This document shows, one piece after another, positions 12,601 to 24,600 of a stretch of 64,000 nucleotides of DNA. Under the pieces are notes generated by a model. That model worked only from the letters and a program-made list of their open reading frames with translations. It had not been told where the DNA came from and did not search any database. The translations under genes and the position numbers were made by a program. The stretch comes from Callorhinchus milii (lineage: Eukaryota): positions 13,764,001 through 13,828,000 of the forward strand of contig NW_024704750.1 of assembly GCF_018977255.1 (NCBI RefSeq). The letters run 5' to 3'. Every line of letters begins with the position of its first letter. The first letter of the stretch is position 1.

Positions 12601-15600
12601 CACTACATTCTACAGTAAATCCCGCGAAGCGCTTTGTGAGGGGGTGTGTGGGTGAGGGGTGTGTGTGGGTGAGGGGGGTGTGGGTGAGGGGGGGTGTGGG
12701 GGGGGGTGGGGGGGGGGGTGTGGGTGAGGGGGGTGTGGGTGAGGGGGGTGTGGGTGAGGGGGGGTGTGGGTGAGGGGGGTGTGGGTGAGGGGGTGTGGGG
12801 GGGGGGTGTGGGTGAGGGGGGGTGTGGGTGAGGGGGTGTGTGGGTGAGTGGGTGAGTGTGTGTGGGTGAGGGGGGTGTGGGTGAGGGGGGGTGTGGGTGA
12901 GGGGGGGTGTGGGTGAGGGGGGGTGTGGGTGAGGGGGGGTGTGGGTGAGGGGGGGTGTGGGTGAGGGGGGGGGGGTGAGGGGGGGGTGTGGGTGAGGGGG
13001 TGTGTGGGTGAGGGGGTGTGTGGGTGAGGGGGGGTGTGGGTGAGGGGGGGGTGTGGGTGAGGGGGGGTGTGGGTGAGGGGGGGTGTGGGTGAGGGGGGGT
13101 GTGGGTGAGGGGGTGTGGGTGAGGGGGTGTGAGGGTGAGGGGGTGTGTGGGTGAGGGGGTGAGGGTGGGTGAGGGGGGTGAGGGGAGGGGGGTGTGGGTG
13201 AGGGGGTGAGGGGGTCGGGCACTTACCGCTTGGCAGCTCCTCCTCAGCAGCAGGAGGAGGAGGAGGAGGGAGGCGGTGAGGGTGGCCGCCATGGCGGGGA
13301 GCAGTGGGCTCCACACAGGCCGCTCCCCCTCGGCCATCCGAGCCGCCACCTGCGGGCACAGAGACAGGGGGTGAGGGCTGGGCTCAGGACACGGCCAGGC
13401 CTCGGCCCGGGGGCCCCGTAAACATTTACCCCCCCGGGAAGGGAAGGGCGAGGGGGCGGGGGGGGGGGGGCGGGGCTCGTCTCCGCTTCACAGCCGCTCA
13501 CACCGACCACTGACAGCCAACAGCACCGCCGCCATTGGGGGGGCGACTGACTTCCGGGTCAAAGGGCGATGATAGAGGGGGTGAGACAGAGGAGGGGGTG
13601 AGACAGAGGAGGGGGTGAGAGAGGGAGTGAGACAGAGGAGAGGGTGAGAGAGGGAGTGAGACAGAGGAGAGGGTGAGAGAGGGAGTGAGACAGAGGAGGG
13701 GGTGAGACAGAGGGGGGGTGAGAGAGGGAGTGAGACAGAGGAGGGGGTGAGACAGAGGAGAGGGTGAGAGAGGGAGTGAGACAGAGGAGAGGGTGAGAGA
13801 GGGAGTGAGACAGGAGAGGGTGAGAGAGGAGAGATAGAGAGACAGAGTGAGTGAGACACAGGATAGGGAATGAGAGAGAGAGTGAGACAGAGAGGAGAGA
13901 GAAAGAGGGGGAGGAAAGTGAGGGAGGGAAAGGAGAAAGAGAGTGGGGGGGAGTGAGTGAGTGAGAGAGGAGAGAGAAGGAGAGAAAGAGACGGGGGTAT
14001 AGAAAGTAGTGGTTTGAGGGGAAGAGAGAGTAAGTAAGTGAGAGAGAAACATTGGGAGAGGGAATAGAGTAAGGGAGAGAGAGAGAGAGAGAGAGTGAGT
14101 ACATCTTTTTAAAAAGAAACATCCAATCGTTTGAAATGTTTTTTTTTGAAACAGGAATTGAATATTATTATTGAGAATTCTCTTGTCTATCTCTGCTGCG
14201 ACTAAAATAAAACCAAACTATTAAACAGGTACTTGGCTCTTCTGTCCTAAGTATAGATAGCATGTCATGGTCCGGGTGCCAAATGGTAAGGTGAGTCTGA
14301 TGTTTGAGAGAGTTTTGAAGGTCAAGTGTTGATAAACTGTGCAGAGTTTGTTTGGCAATCGAACATTCGTGGCGAGGGGAAAAAAAGAGTAAGAGTGGGG
14401 CTAAAATGAAAGGAAAATTCACAGCCAATAGGAAAAAGAGCTCAACTGATGATAAGATCTGGAACAGGTGTGATTGATGGCCCTTTCTCGAATGGATTTA
14501 CTTAGTCTGACTGGATACAAGTCTTAAATTACATACCCAGTACAGCTATACAGTAAGACTAGGGTGAGGAATTCGTGCAATGCAATTAGCAGTTGAAATG
14601 TCTGAAAGGAATAAAAGCAGCGTGGCACTGTTGAATCGTATAAGGCGTTACACCACTTTAGACCACATAGACTAGCGGCGAGAATCTACATAAATAAATT
14701 GGAATGCCAAGATTCAAACAGCCTTTTCTCTGTATAATAGTCTGAAAGTTATAATGAAATGTTCAGACATTTTCCAATAATCTGAAAAGAGTTCTGTTCT
14801 ACTTCACATATCCTGCTAATATCTTAAAAGAATGTAACAGAGCGTACATCACATTCTGTAAACAACAATTATATCTGTGAGTCTTCTGTTGCTCAAAGAT
14901 TATAGCTCCATTGGATAGTTTGCTGTAACCAAGGTTACTTAACCAGATAAAAGTTCACTTTTGAGGAGTTATATATTTTAGTATTAATAATAATATTGAT
15001 ATGATGCCCTAACACATTGTCAAGACAGCTCAAATAACTTAAATTTAAGTCTGTATTTGTTTAATGCGCCTTTTTCCACAATTATAAGCTTTTTAAAACA
15101 ATATTTCCCTTGCTTCTATCCTGCGGGAGCTGAATTTATCATCAGGGTGTGGCTCTGCAAGTGCCAGCAACCCTCTTGCTAAGTCGCCAATCGTTATGTG
15201 TGAACTGAGACGATAAGTGTTGGCAGGCTATTCAATGCTTCAGCATTACAGCCAAGGCTGATCCTGTTCTCACCCAACATCCATGCAAACATATGTACTT
15301 TCCAGCACAGAATACAAGGTAGTACTAACAGTGCTGTACTGGAGAATCATCTCAGTCAGTCGCGGACAAATGTTAAATGTTTATACAGAAGTTAAATAGA
15401 AATGGTAACTGAGTGTAATAAATACAGTAGCACATATCAAATAATTTGTTTTTGTGTCAAAGTTGCAGTGCATTAGGAACTGTATAATTTTAGATTATTG
15501 AAAACTAGGTGGTTAAAATTCTTAAAAAGGATGATGCCTTAAAGAACACATTTCTGATACAAGCACTTCCTGGATTAGAGAATTGGAGAAACAGTCTTGC

Positions 15601-18600
15601 AGCAAATATATTTTCACAAATCTTAATTTATGAATATTGTGTTACAATCACTATTGATGCTGTTATATTTGAAATGAACAACAAAATGAAAGACCAAACT
15701 CTTTCCAATTTTGGATGCCTTTTAAAGCATGGGAAGTGTCGGCAACAGGAACATTCTGTCCCCCTTTGCACTATCATTTCACAAAGACAAGAAACAACAG
15801 TGAAGCTCTAATCATCAAACAAACCACACAGGCCCTGCAGTGTTATCTGATATCTGGAGCATGTCTCAGTTTGATAAACACAAAAACTATAACAGTAAGT
15901 GACCTTCCATTCCACTCACAATTACAAATTAGACTTAATTTCTCTTCAAATGTAAAAAGATTTTTAAACAAAATGCAGCAGTTAAAAATCTTAACTTCAT
16001 CAATGGCGTAAGTAAGGCCAGGAAGATCTCTGGTTTCTATTGAGTCGGCTATTCGCGCTCAGGTTGACGAACAGGCACAACAATTGACCTCCATTTTCCT
16101 TGGTTACTAAAAAAANGCAGGCTCCCTGTTTCTGATTATTATTCAATGCTGGAAGAATAACTTTATGCACCTGGCAAAATGCATGTTTAGAAGTTGGATC
16201 AGATCAACAGGATGGTGCTCAGTTTGGACAGTTCCATGGTCTGAGCTCACCAATACTTTTTAATCTAAGCTCACGTGTAAAGAATGGCCATTTCCAGAAT
16301 TGAAGGTTTCTAGTTAGTGGAGAACTCTGCCTATCACAATTTTAAAGAACAGGCAAGGAAAGAAAATTAGACAGAAAATTTAGAGTAGGACAAAAATACA
16401 CACCCGCACAATGATTACATATACAGTAGTCTTCAGATAATATACTATCAAATCAATGCAAAAATAAGTTATGTTCATATATGATGATGACAATGTATGG
16501 TAAAAATACTGACAAACTCTCTTCCACTTTCCATAGCATGCTACTTACATTTTCGATGAAATGGTCAATGAATGCCAAGATAAATTGTACGCAAACATCA
16601 AGCTTCTTGCCCAGTGTGTGGATGGTATTTATCTCAGGATTTCTCTTCTGTTCTGTGTTAAGGGTAAGCAAATAAGTAAATGTTTCAAATCGTTTGCAAA
16701 CTTAACTTAAAAAGCAAGCCTGACAAGGCAAGCTGCTTCACCTTTCATACTTACCATTAACATGGACAGCTCCCATTCCATCTATCACATTTGTAGTTTT
16801 TGGTTCTTTTCCAAGTTCTTCACTGAAGTCTTGTGAGAGCATTTGATTGTCTTGTGTGTTAACAACTGCTTGGTCTGTCTTATCAAGAATGTTGCTCTCT
16901 TGGTTTATGTTGTGTGCATCCTGATAAAATTGATTTTCCAATGTACGTTCCTGAATGTCATCACTGATAGTTACTTTCTCCTGATCCATTGACTGTTTAA
17001 GGGTATGGATGTCCAGCTCTTGCCTTTTTGCTAATTCAGAATTAATGTCTTGTGCCTCTTTAGTGAGCTGCACATCTTGCCACATCCAATCATCCTCAAC
17101 TTTTTTTAATTTCTGTTTGCTGTTATGAAGACCAGTGTCAGAAATGTCTCCTGAACTGTAAGTGTCTGCAAAATAAAGAATGAAAGTGTTTGTTAGTGTC
17201 TTGCTATCGACCTTTATCTGCCTGTTCAGGTGAACATTATAGAATGACACTATTCGAAAACAGAAGGGAGTTTCTCCTGGTATCCTGGCCACCAATTCTC
17301 CAAAAATTCTGCATTTGACAGTAATTATTGGGATACACTTTGAGATATTTCAACATGATAAAGCATCAAGGTATAATTATCAAGTGCAAGGATTATTATT
17401 CTAATATCAAATAGTTACATATTTTATCAAACATAGGTACTGTATTTAACTCTGTTATCTCCTGAAGTCATGCATCTATCTTTCTGTGTCAGGGGGATAA
17501 ATAGGCATCGACCATCCAATTGACTATTGACCACTATTGAATCCCCAAACCATCAGGTGATCAACATCGGGACAATTTATGAATATGTCTCTCTTACAAA
17601 GACAAAATTGTTGCCAGTAGCTGTATTGCTACACCAATCCATTAGCTTGCTATTGAATTAGTAAAACTATTTAAATCAGGACTTTCCAGATACTGTATTT
17701 CAAACACCAAGCACGTCTGGATGTACAAATAATATTAAACCACCAGTTCCCCCAGTAGCTCAGTTGGTAAATGTCTCACCTAATGGGGCAGTGAGCAAGT
17801 TCACATTGGCTCAGGAAGTTCCCAGGTTTGATCATTGGTCAATGATGAGCTCGCTGATCTCAGTTTGGACGTCAGTGGGGAATGCCAAATATTGGCTTCA
17901 CTAACTGGGCTATGGGAGTGGGGGAGGGAGCAGGGGATCATTCAGATTTTTCTTATTATCTTCATTTTGGTGCCCCCTATTGAATAGTTCACCTGTATAT
18001 GTGTGTGCATGTGGAAGCATCAGTTCAGTATCATACGTGGGTGAGGTATTGAAAGGTTGTTGGCACTGGTCAAACCATGGGCATGGTAACAGCCACCATT
18101 CTCATGTAAGCAAGGGAGAATATGGGATAAGGAAATCAGAAGAAAGTCAATTGCCAAGAGTTTTGATAGTGCTTGAACAAAGGACACGTGCAATGAACAT
18201 AATTTGCACAAATCTGGCACTGAATTGGCAATATCACACTGAGAAAACATAGGGGTTGCATATGTGCATAGTGGAAAAATAAATGGTTGGTGATTGATCT
18301 TCCTGTGAGGTTGAGTTCAAAGCATGTTATTGGGTCAGTGCTTTGGGAGATTTACTCTACAACTGTTTGAGTTCACAAAGTAAGAAGTGTTCCGTTCTTC
18401 AGCAGTGAGATCCCTCAAATTGTTGAGAACAAAATCAAATTTTAAAAAACTGTGAATACAAGTAAAATAAAATACACAACGCTCATTCTTCTAAAAAAAA
18501 CAATACCAAGCATGTTAATATCTGTATTGGGTTTGATTCCTGGCAGGGCGAAACCTTGAGCAAGTTTCCTTACTCCACACGTCTGATAATAATCCCTCAC

Positions 18601-21600
18601 GAAAAAAAAAGAATAATACAATTGGTCATTTCAATACACGACTGTTTGTGGACACTGCTGTGCGCAATTGGCTGTCGCATTTCGCCCACAAATATACAGT
18701 CAATTCACAGTTTATTCTGTGAAGCGCTTTGAGACGGCTAGAAGACGTGAAAAGCGCTATATCAAATGCAAGGATTATTTATTTATTTATTTGTTTGTTT
18801 ACTCCTAATAAAGTCAATGGCCAATACCTTTGGTGCTTGGATTAGAGACGTTTGTGGTGTATTTCATTTTGATGGCAGCTAGAATATCTTGCAGATTTTG
18901 AAATGCATCTGTGAGTTCAGTGTATTGCCTTTCCACCGTCCTATCCTCGGGATCTTCACCTTTTACTCTACACATCGTGTCTTTGTGTTTCAGAACACTA
19001 TCTTCAAAAGTGACTATTTCTCGCATAATGTCATTGTAACCATCGCTGCTCGTCTCGTTCTCCAACTGGGCAAAAATGTTTTCGAGCCAAGACAGCTTGG
19101 TTTTTCCAAGGCACTTTTCCAAATACTGAATCTGTTCAATGGTCATTTGTTTCATCAGCAATGTAAGATCACTGAACAAATCAGTACTTTCAGACGTTGG
19201 ACCTGTTCCGCTTAGTTTCTCAAGCTGGTGTTTGGATTTCTCCAAAAAATAACTAAATGTCCAGGCGGCTTGGTGGTCTTTGGGTTCAGCGTCTATTGAT
19301 GTTGGTGTTGCTCGATCAGCCACATTGCCAGGGTCAATCTCTTCGCTTGCTGAAATAATTCTGTTAACATTTTCACTGGCGGCATCTACATCTGATTTTC
19401 CAATGTCTTCATTTTCATGAGGCTTTTCAGGATGATTTTCTAAATTGTCTTTCCCCAGATGTGTGGAAGCAGAATGTGTGGGTGGCTGGGTTGCTTTTTC
19501 ACTTAGGTAATCGGTATCAGTCTTGCTGTAACTGTGGTTTTCTGGCGCAGCTTCAACAAGCGGTTCTGGCGTTTGGTCTTTAAATTCAGTGTCATCATCA
19601 CTAACAAAATCCTTTCCTAGAAAATGCATATTCTCAGAAACCATGGCATCCACCAACTCATGGAGACCTGCCAAAGATTCATGTTCCATAGATTGTTGTA
19701 AACTGTTTTGTTTACCAGCATCTTCTGTTGGAACACTGACTTCTGATTCAATTATTCCTTCCTGTGACAAAGGCTCTATAGCGGCAGAATTTGTTTCTGA
19801 TCCTGTCCTGTGTTCTTCTGACTTTTTGTGTGGATAGAAAGAATGTTCTTGTGGGTTAGCTGCACCACCATTGGTAACAATAAATTGTATGGATTCTAAG
19901 CTTGATGATAAGTCATCTGGCGAAATGTGTTTCTCAGGTTGCGATCTGTCCTGCAGTAATTGCTCACTGTTATCAACAACAGTAAGCAGTTTGGATTCTA
20001 ACTCAGATGCTGAGTGCTCTGCCTGCAAGTCAGATCCTTCATTGGGCCCTTTCTCCTGAAACAAAGGTTGGTCTTTATCTGAACTAGTAAACTGCTCAGA
20101 CTGGAGTTGTCTTGACACATTTGCCTGTAATGTTTCTTGCAATTCCTGTGGCATCACATGCTTACCAGAATCTGACACAGTAAGTCGGTCGGATTCTGAA
20201 CTAGAAGGTGGATGTTGTTGCAGGTCTTGAATGTCATGTATTTTTTTCTGTGAAACATCTGAAACAACCTCATTCAATTGTGATGTTAAGGATAAGTGAT
20301 GTTCATTGATATTTTGTTCTGCTTCAGGCAAGGTTTGGTGTGATGTAGTTCCAGTGTAATCTGAATCAGACAGGTTGGATTCTAAATTTGATGTTAAATG
20401 TTGTGTCAATAGAACTTCTTTTTTCTCATGGTGTGACAATGATACAGTGTGATCAGAAGCAGAAAATTGTTTCAATTTTGAAGTTGATGGTACATCATCC
20501 TTCAGAGCTTCTTGTCCACACATTTGTTCCTCTTGTGCTCTTTGACTTCCAGCGCACCACATCCCTGCAAGTGATGAATCGCCACTATGTGAAGTCGGGA
20601 CATGTTTAAACTCTGCACTTGGTAGAATCGTTTCCTCCAAAAATTGCTCTTTAACTTTCTGAAGCAAATGATTGCAATGGTCTGAAATGCAATCTTTGTC
20701 TGTTAAGTGTTCTCCCTGTAAATTGGTGCCTTCACTGTGCAGTTCATCTGGTGCAGAGGGTGCGGCTTGATGTGAAGTAGCATCAAATTCAGTATTGAAA
20801 TGTTGCACTTCACCACTTGCAGCTTGTTTCTGGGGTAAAATCTTATCATTATGCTGTTCATTAGTTGACATTAAAGATGTATTCTTTTGCGCATGATTCA
20901 AGTCTTCCTCTGCTAGATGCTGGTTGACATTAGTTATGGTAAACTGCTCCGAGCCTGAGTTGATTACTATCTGCTCTCCTTTTTGCTTGGATTCCAGGTC
21001 TGGGGCAATATGGTGTTCCTGTAACATATGTTTTTCATTCGGAAACTTTTCCTTTACCAGAGATTCACTGACATCAAAAAAAGTCTGTTGTGATGGACTT
21101 GAAGATAAATACTGTTCTGGTAAGTTCTGTTTTTTATTATCCACATTTTTGGGTATTGGAGAGTCACTGTGATCTGAAATACACTGCTTAAATTCCAAAT
21201 TAAATACTAAATGTTTTTGTGAACATTGTTCTTCATCATGTAGCTTTTCATGCATCGATTCTACATTCTGGCCATTTAATTCATTAACATCTTGCAACTT
21301 TGATGCTCTACTCTCAATACCAAGACTGTTTTCCAAACCAATTGTGGAAAGTAATGACTGTGGATTTTCATTTTGAGTCTTTTTGTATCCCTTCTCTGTG
21401 GACTCCTGCAGACATGTTGACTGACAGTCAATACCTGTGTCCTTTGTACATAGATGTGGATCTACTGAATGATCTATGTCTTCATATACTGATGAATCAA
21501 GCTGCTTTGTTTCTTCTTTACTCATAGCCTGTTTTCCTTGATGTGGATCAAAACCTTCTTTAGGATCTGTATCTATTGTATGTTCTCTGATATCTTTATC

Positions 21601-24600
21601 AATTACTTTCTCGGTTTCTTCCAGTGCACCAGAATAAGGTTGATCCTCATCGATTTGGTCAAACTCTAATGGACCAGTCATACTGGAAAAAAACCATATC
21701 ATTTTTGACCCATCCTTTGATTTTGCCTTATTTTCTTCATCAATATTTTTTGTTTCATCTTGTGTAGTGGAGGTCTGATCTTCATCGCTTTCACCAAACC
21801 CAAATCGTTCACTCAATCCAAAGTCAAACCATCCTGAGGTTGGCCTGTCACTATCTATTGCATTTTCCTTGCTGCCTGCATCATTGCTTGGCATTTCTGC
21901 ACTATATTTAAGTGCATCACTTAATGTATTCAAGCCAAATGACCAGGAGTTTAGACTATCATCATCCACTGCATTTTCTTCAGCAACAGGTTTTGCTTCT
22001 TCTGATGAATCTGACTGTTTGGCTTCATTCCTTTGACCAAACCCCAATCTATTACCAAACCACTTTAACACAGATCCAGGATTTTGCTCATCATTTCCAT
22101 CAGTGTACCTTTCTCCTTCTAAAGGAGGCTTGCTGGCTGTATCACTGAACTCACCCGACACTAATTCGCGAGGCATGTTCCCTTCCGAGTCAGTTACCTC
22201 AACATCACTTTGGTCAGGTGAGTCATTAATGGAATATGAGTCAGCATTGTCATGTTTGTCCGGTTCCTCTTTACTATGGGTGGGTACGGCATGGTCTGAA
22301 GAGCCACTGGTGAAGCTTAACAATTTTGACAAACCAAGCCAGCCGGAATTTTCAGAATCAGGGGCTGCTTTGCCTTGATCAATGGCGTACTCTCTTCCTG
22401 CTTCTGACATTTCACGTTCCGCAGCATCATCCAGGGCAAGTTTTCGGCTCTTGAAGGAGTTTACTTGCAAAGGCTGGTCAGTGGGTTCCACGGGCTTTTC
22501 ATCTGGGTTGTCTTCAAAACCAAACCACCCTATAATTCTAGATCCAACCCAATTGGATCCTGTTTGCCTGTTTAATTTGGATTCTCCCCCACTTTCAGAC
22601 ACAACGCCTGCCTCTGCACCGAATTCTTCCTCTCCCTGTTCAATCTTTGCACCACTATTTACAGATTTAGCTCCTGTTATTAAGCTGGGTTCGTTGTCAT
22701 CTTTCAGTTTGGAGTCACTCTCTTCACTTACAGGATGGTCAGCTGATGAAATAAATTCACTTGTTTCTGTATTCTCGGAATGTGTTACGCTTTTTTGAAT
22801 TTGTTCTTTACCATAGTTTGTCCCTAACTCAGTGCCATCAATAGCACGATGTGCTCTTTGAAATCTGTCGTCCTGAGAAAGATTAACTAAACTGTCCACG
22901 AATTCATCGTTGGCAGAATTACCTTTGTCATCCGCATTGTTGTTGACGTGTTCAGATTCGTGTCTTTCTGTGGTTAATTTTTCTTGACTTAAGAGTGAAC
23001 TTTCTCCATATTTTCCACTAGATGGGTCACTTACACTGAAATATTCACCTTCATGAAGGCAAAGGAAATCACTTTCCTGAAAGAAATATTTGTTGTGCTT
23101 TTAGCTTAACTTTTAAACACACAAATAACGTTTTGTTCATTTGTTTATTTCTGTCTGAGCACTGAAGGTAGGAACTGGCAACATTGTAAGTTCATTTAAG
23201 ATTATTTAAAAGGACAAATTTTAGGACAGCAATTGAATATATATGAGCAGTAACTTCTTTCCCCACCTGGGCATCAGAAGAGGCTCAAAGGTTGAGTTTA
23301 AGAAATATGTTGCGGATATTAACTTATACTCGTGTTCCACAATAAAAATATATTTGAATACTTTGCTCTGGCCTAAACAGGGTTGCTTTCAAAATGTTTG
23401 TACATTACTTATAACGTAATAGCAACCTTGTATACTGTATATCAAAAAACATGTTGTATTTAAGAAAAACATTTTCCTGTTTACCTCAGTTGGGAATTCT
23501 TCTTCGCTTGATACAAAGATTTCTTCGACTTGAACTGTATCTTTTGGAAAATACCCAAATTGTTTTCCTATCTAAAAAAACAAGAGAATAAACATTGCAA
23601 AATAAATTTGGAATCCATATAAAAAAAACATTGAAACAGAAATGAAAGAAAAGGTGTTTCATGCTGTTGAAATGAATCACGTTTTTTTTATTGAAGCAGT
23701 AAAGTAAGGATGGTTCATGGACTTTGTCACTGATATAACTAGACCTAGTTAGGAGACAAGCATGACTGAACACTGAAATTACTGAATTTAATTTTGCACT
23801 GTCCTAAATGCTGTCAACCAGGCAATTGGGAAAAAAGTTTAGATACGGTCAGAAAAGCGCAAAGTCTTGAGAGTGCAGAAATACCAAAATCATAAACCCG
23901 TTGATTACAAATGAAACGGGAGAATGAAAGACATGGAGTCTTGGAATACACCACTTACACTTCCAGCCCACAAATCATTTCTTTTCCCACTTAGTTTCCA
24001 ATATACATCTATGGATTCTCCTGATTTGTAGGTTAGGTATCTGCAGTCTGGACCTTTGTAGTCCATGGAAGCTTGTACTCTGTTCAGGAGCCCTGCAGAG
24101 AAGGAATAGCAAGAGCAGAACGTCTCACAATGTAAAATAAAACAAGATGAAGTGGCAAACGCCAACATTTTGAAAGTTTAGATATGGTCAGAAAAGCACA
24201 AAGTCTTGAGTGCAGAAATGTAGACGCAGCTATAAAAAGTGAACTTTGTACTTTGCGGTTGCTGGTAAAGAAAACAAATCCGATTATGTTCTCTGTAATG
24301 GGATGATAATCCAATTTATACTGTGTGTGGAAAGAGAAATCACATTGAATCAAAGAGCCATTTACTAAGTAATGCTTAAACGCCCCCGGAGTACCAAAGA
24401 TACCACTCCGAGACACTGCTCTGTTTGAAGGTCTCCAAATAAATGCAAGTTGTTGCACCTAGCTGTGAAAAGCAGCAGTAAACAGTAGTGCATTACCATT
24501 AACAAAGCACTTACTTGCACACTGGGGGTCTGCACATGTTTTCAGATCAGACAAGCTTGTGACTGTGACCAGATGCAGGAACAATACGAGCAGAATGATG

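Noticed and set aside
12554-14122. Long Pro/His/Thr- and Ser/Leu-rich ORFs (184-249 aa)
   Set aside because: Translations of G-rich and GA-rich tandem repeats; only 13227-13349 is a real exon.
16116-16116. Single N base
   Set aside because: Assembly ambiguity in intronic repeat sequence; no biological inference.
18889-22798. Several plus-strand ORFs of 60-138 aa
   Set aside because: Antisense shadows of MIA2 exon 4.
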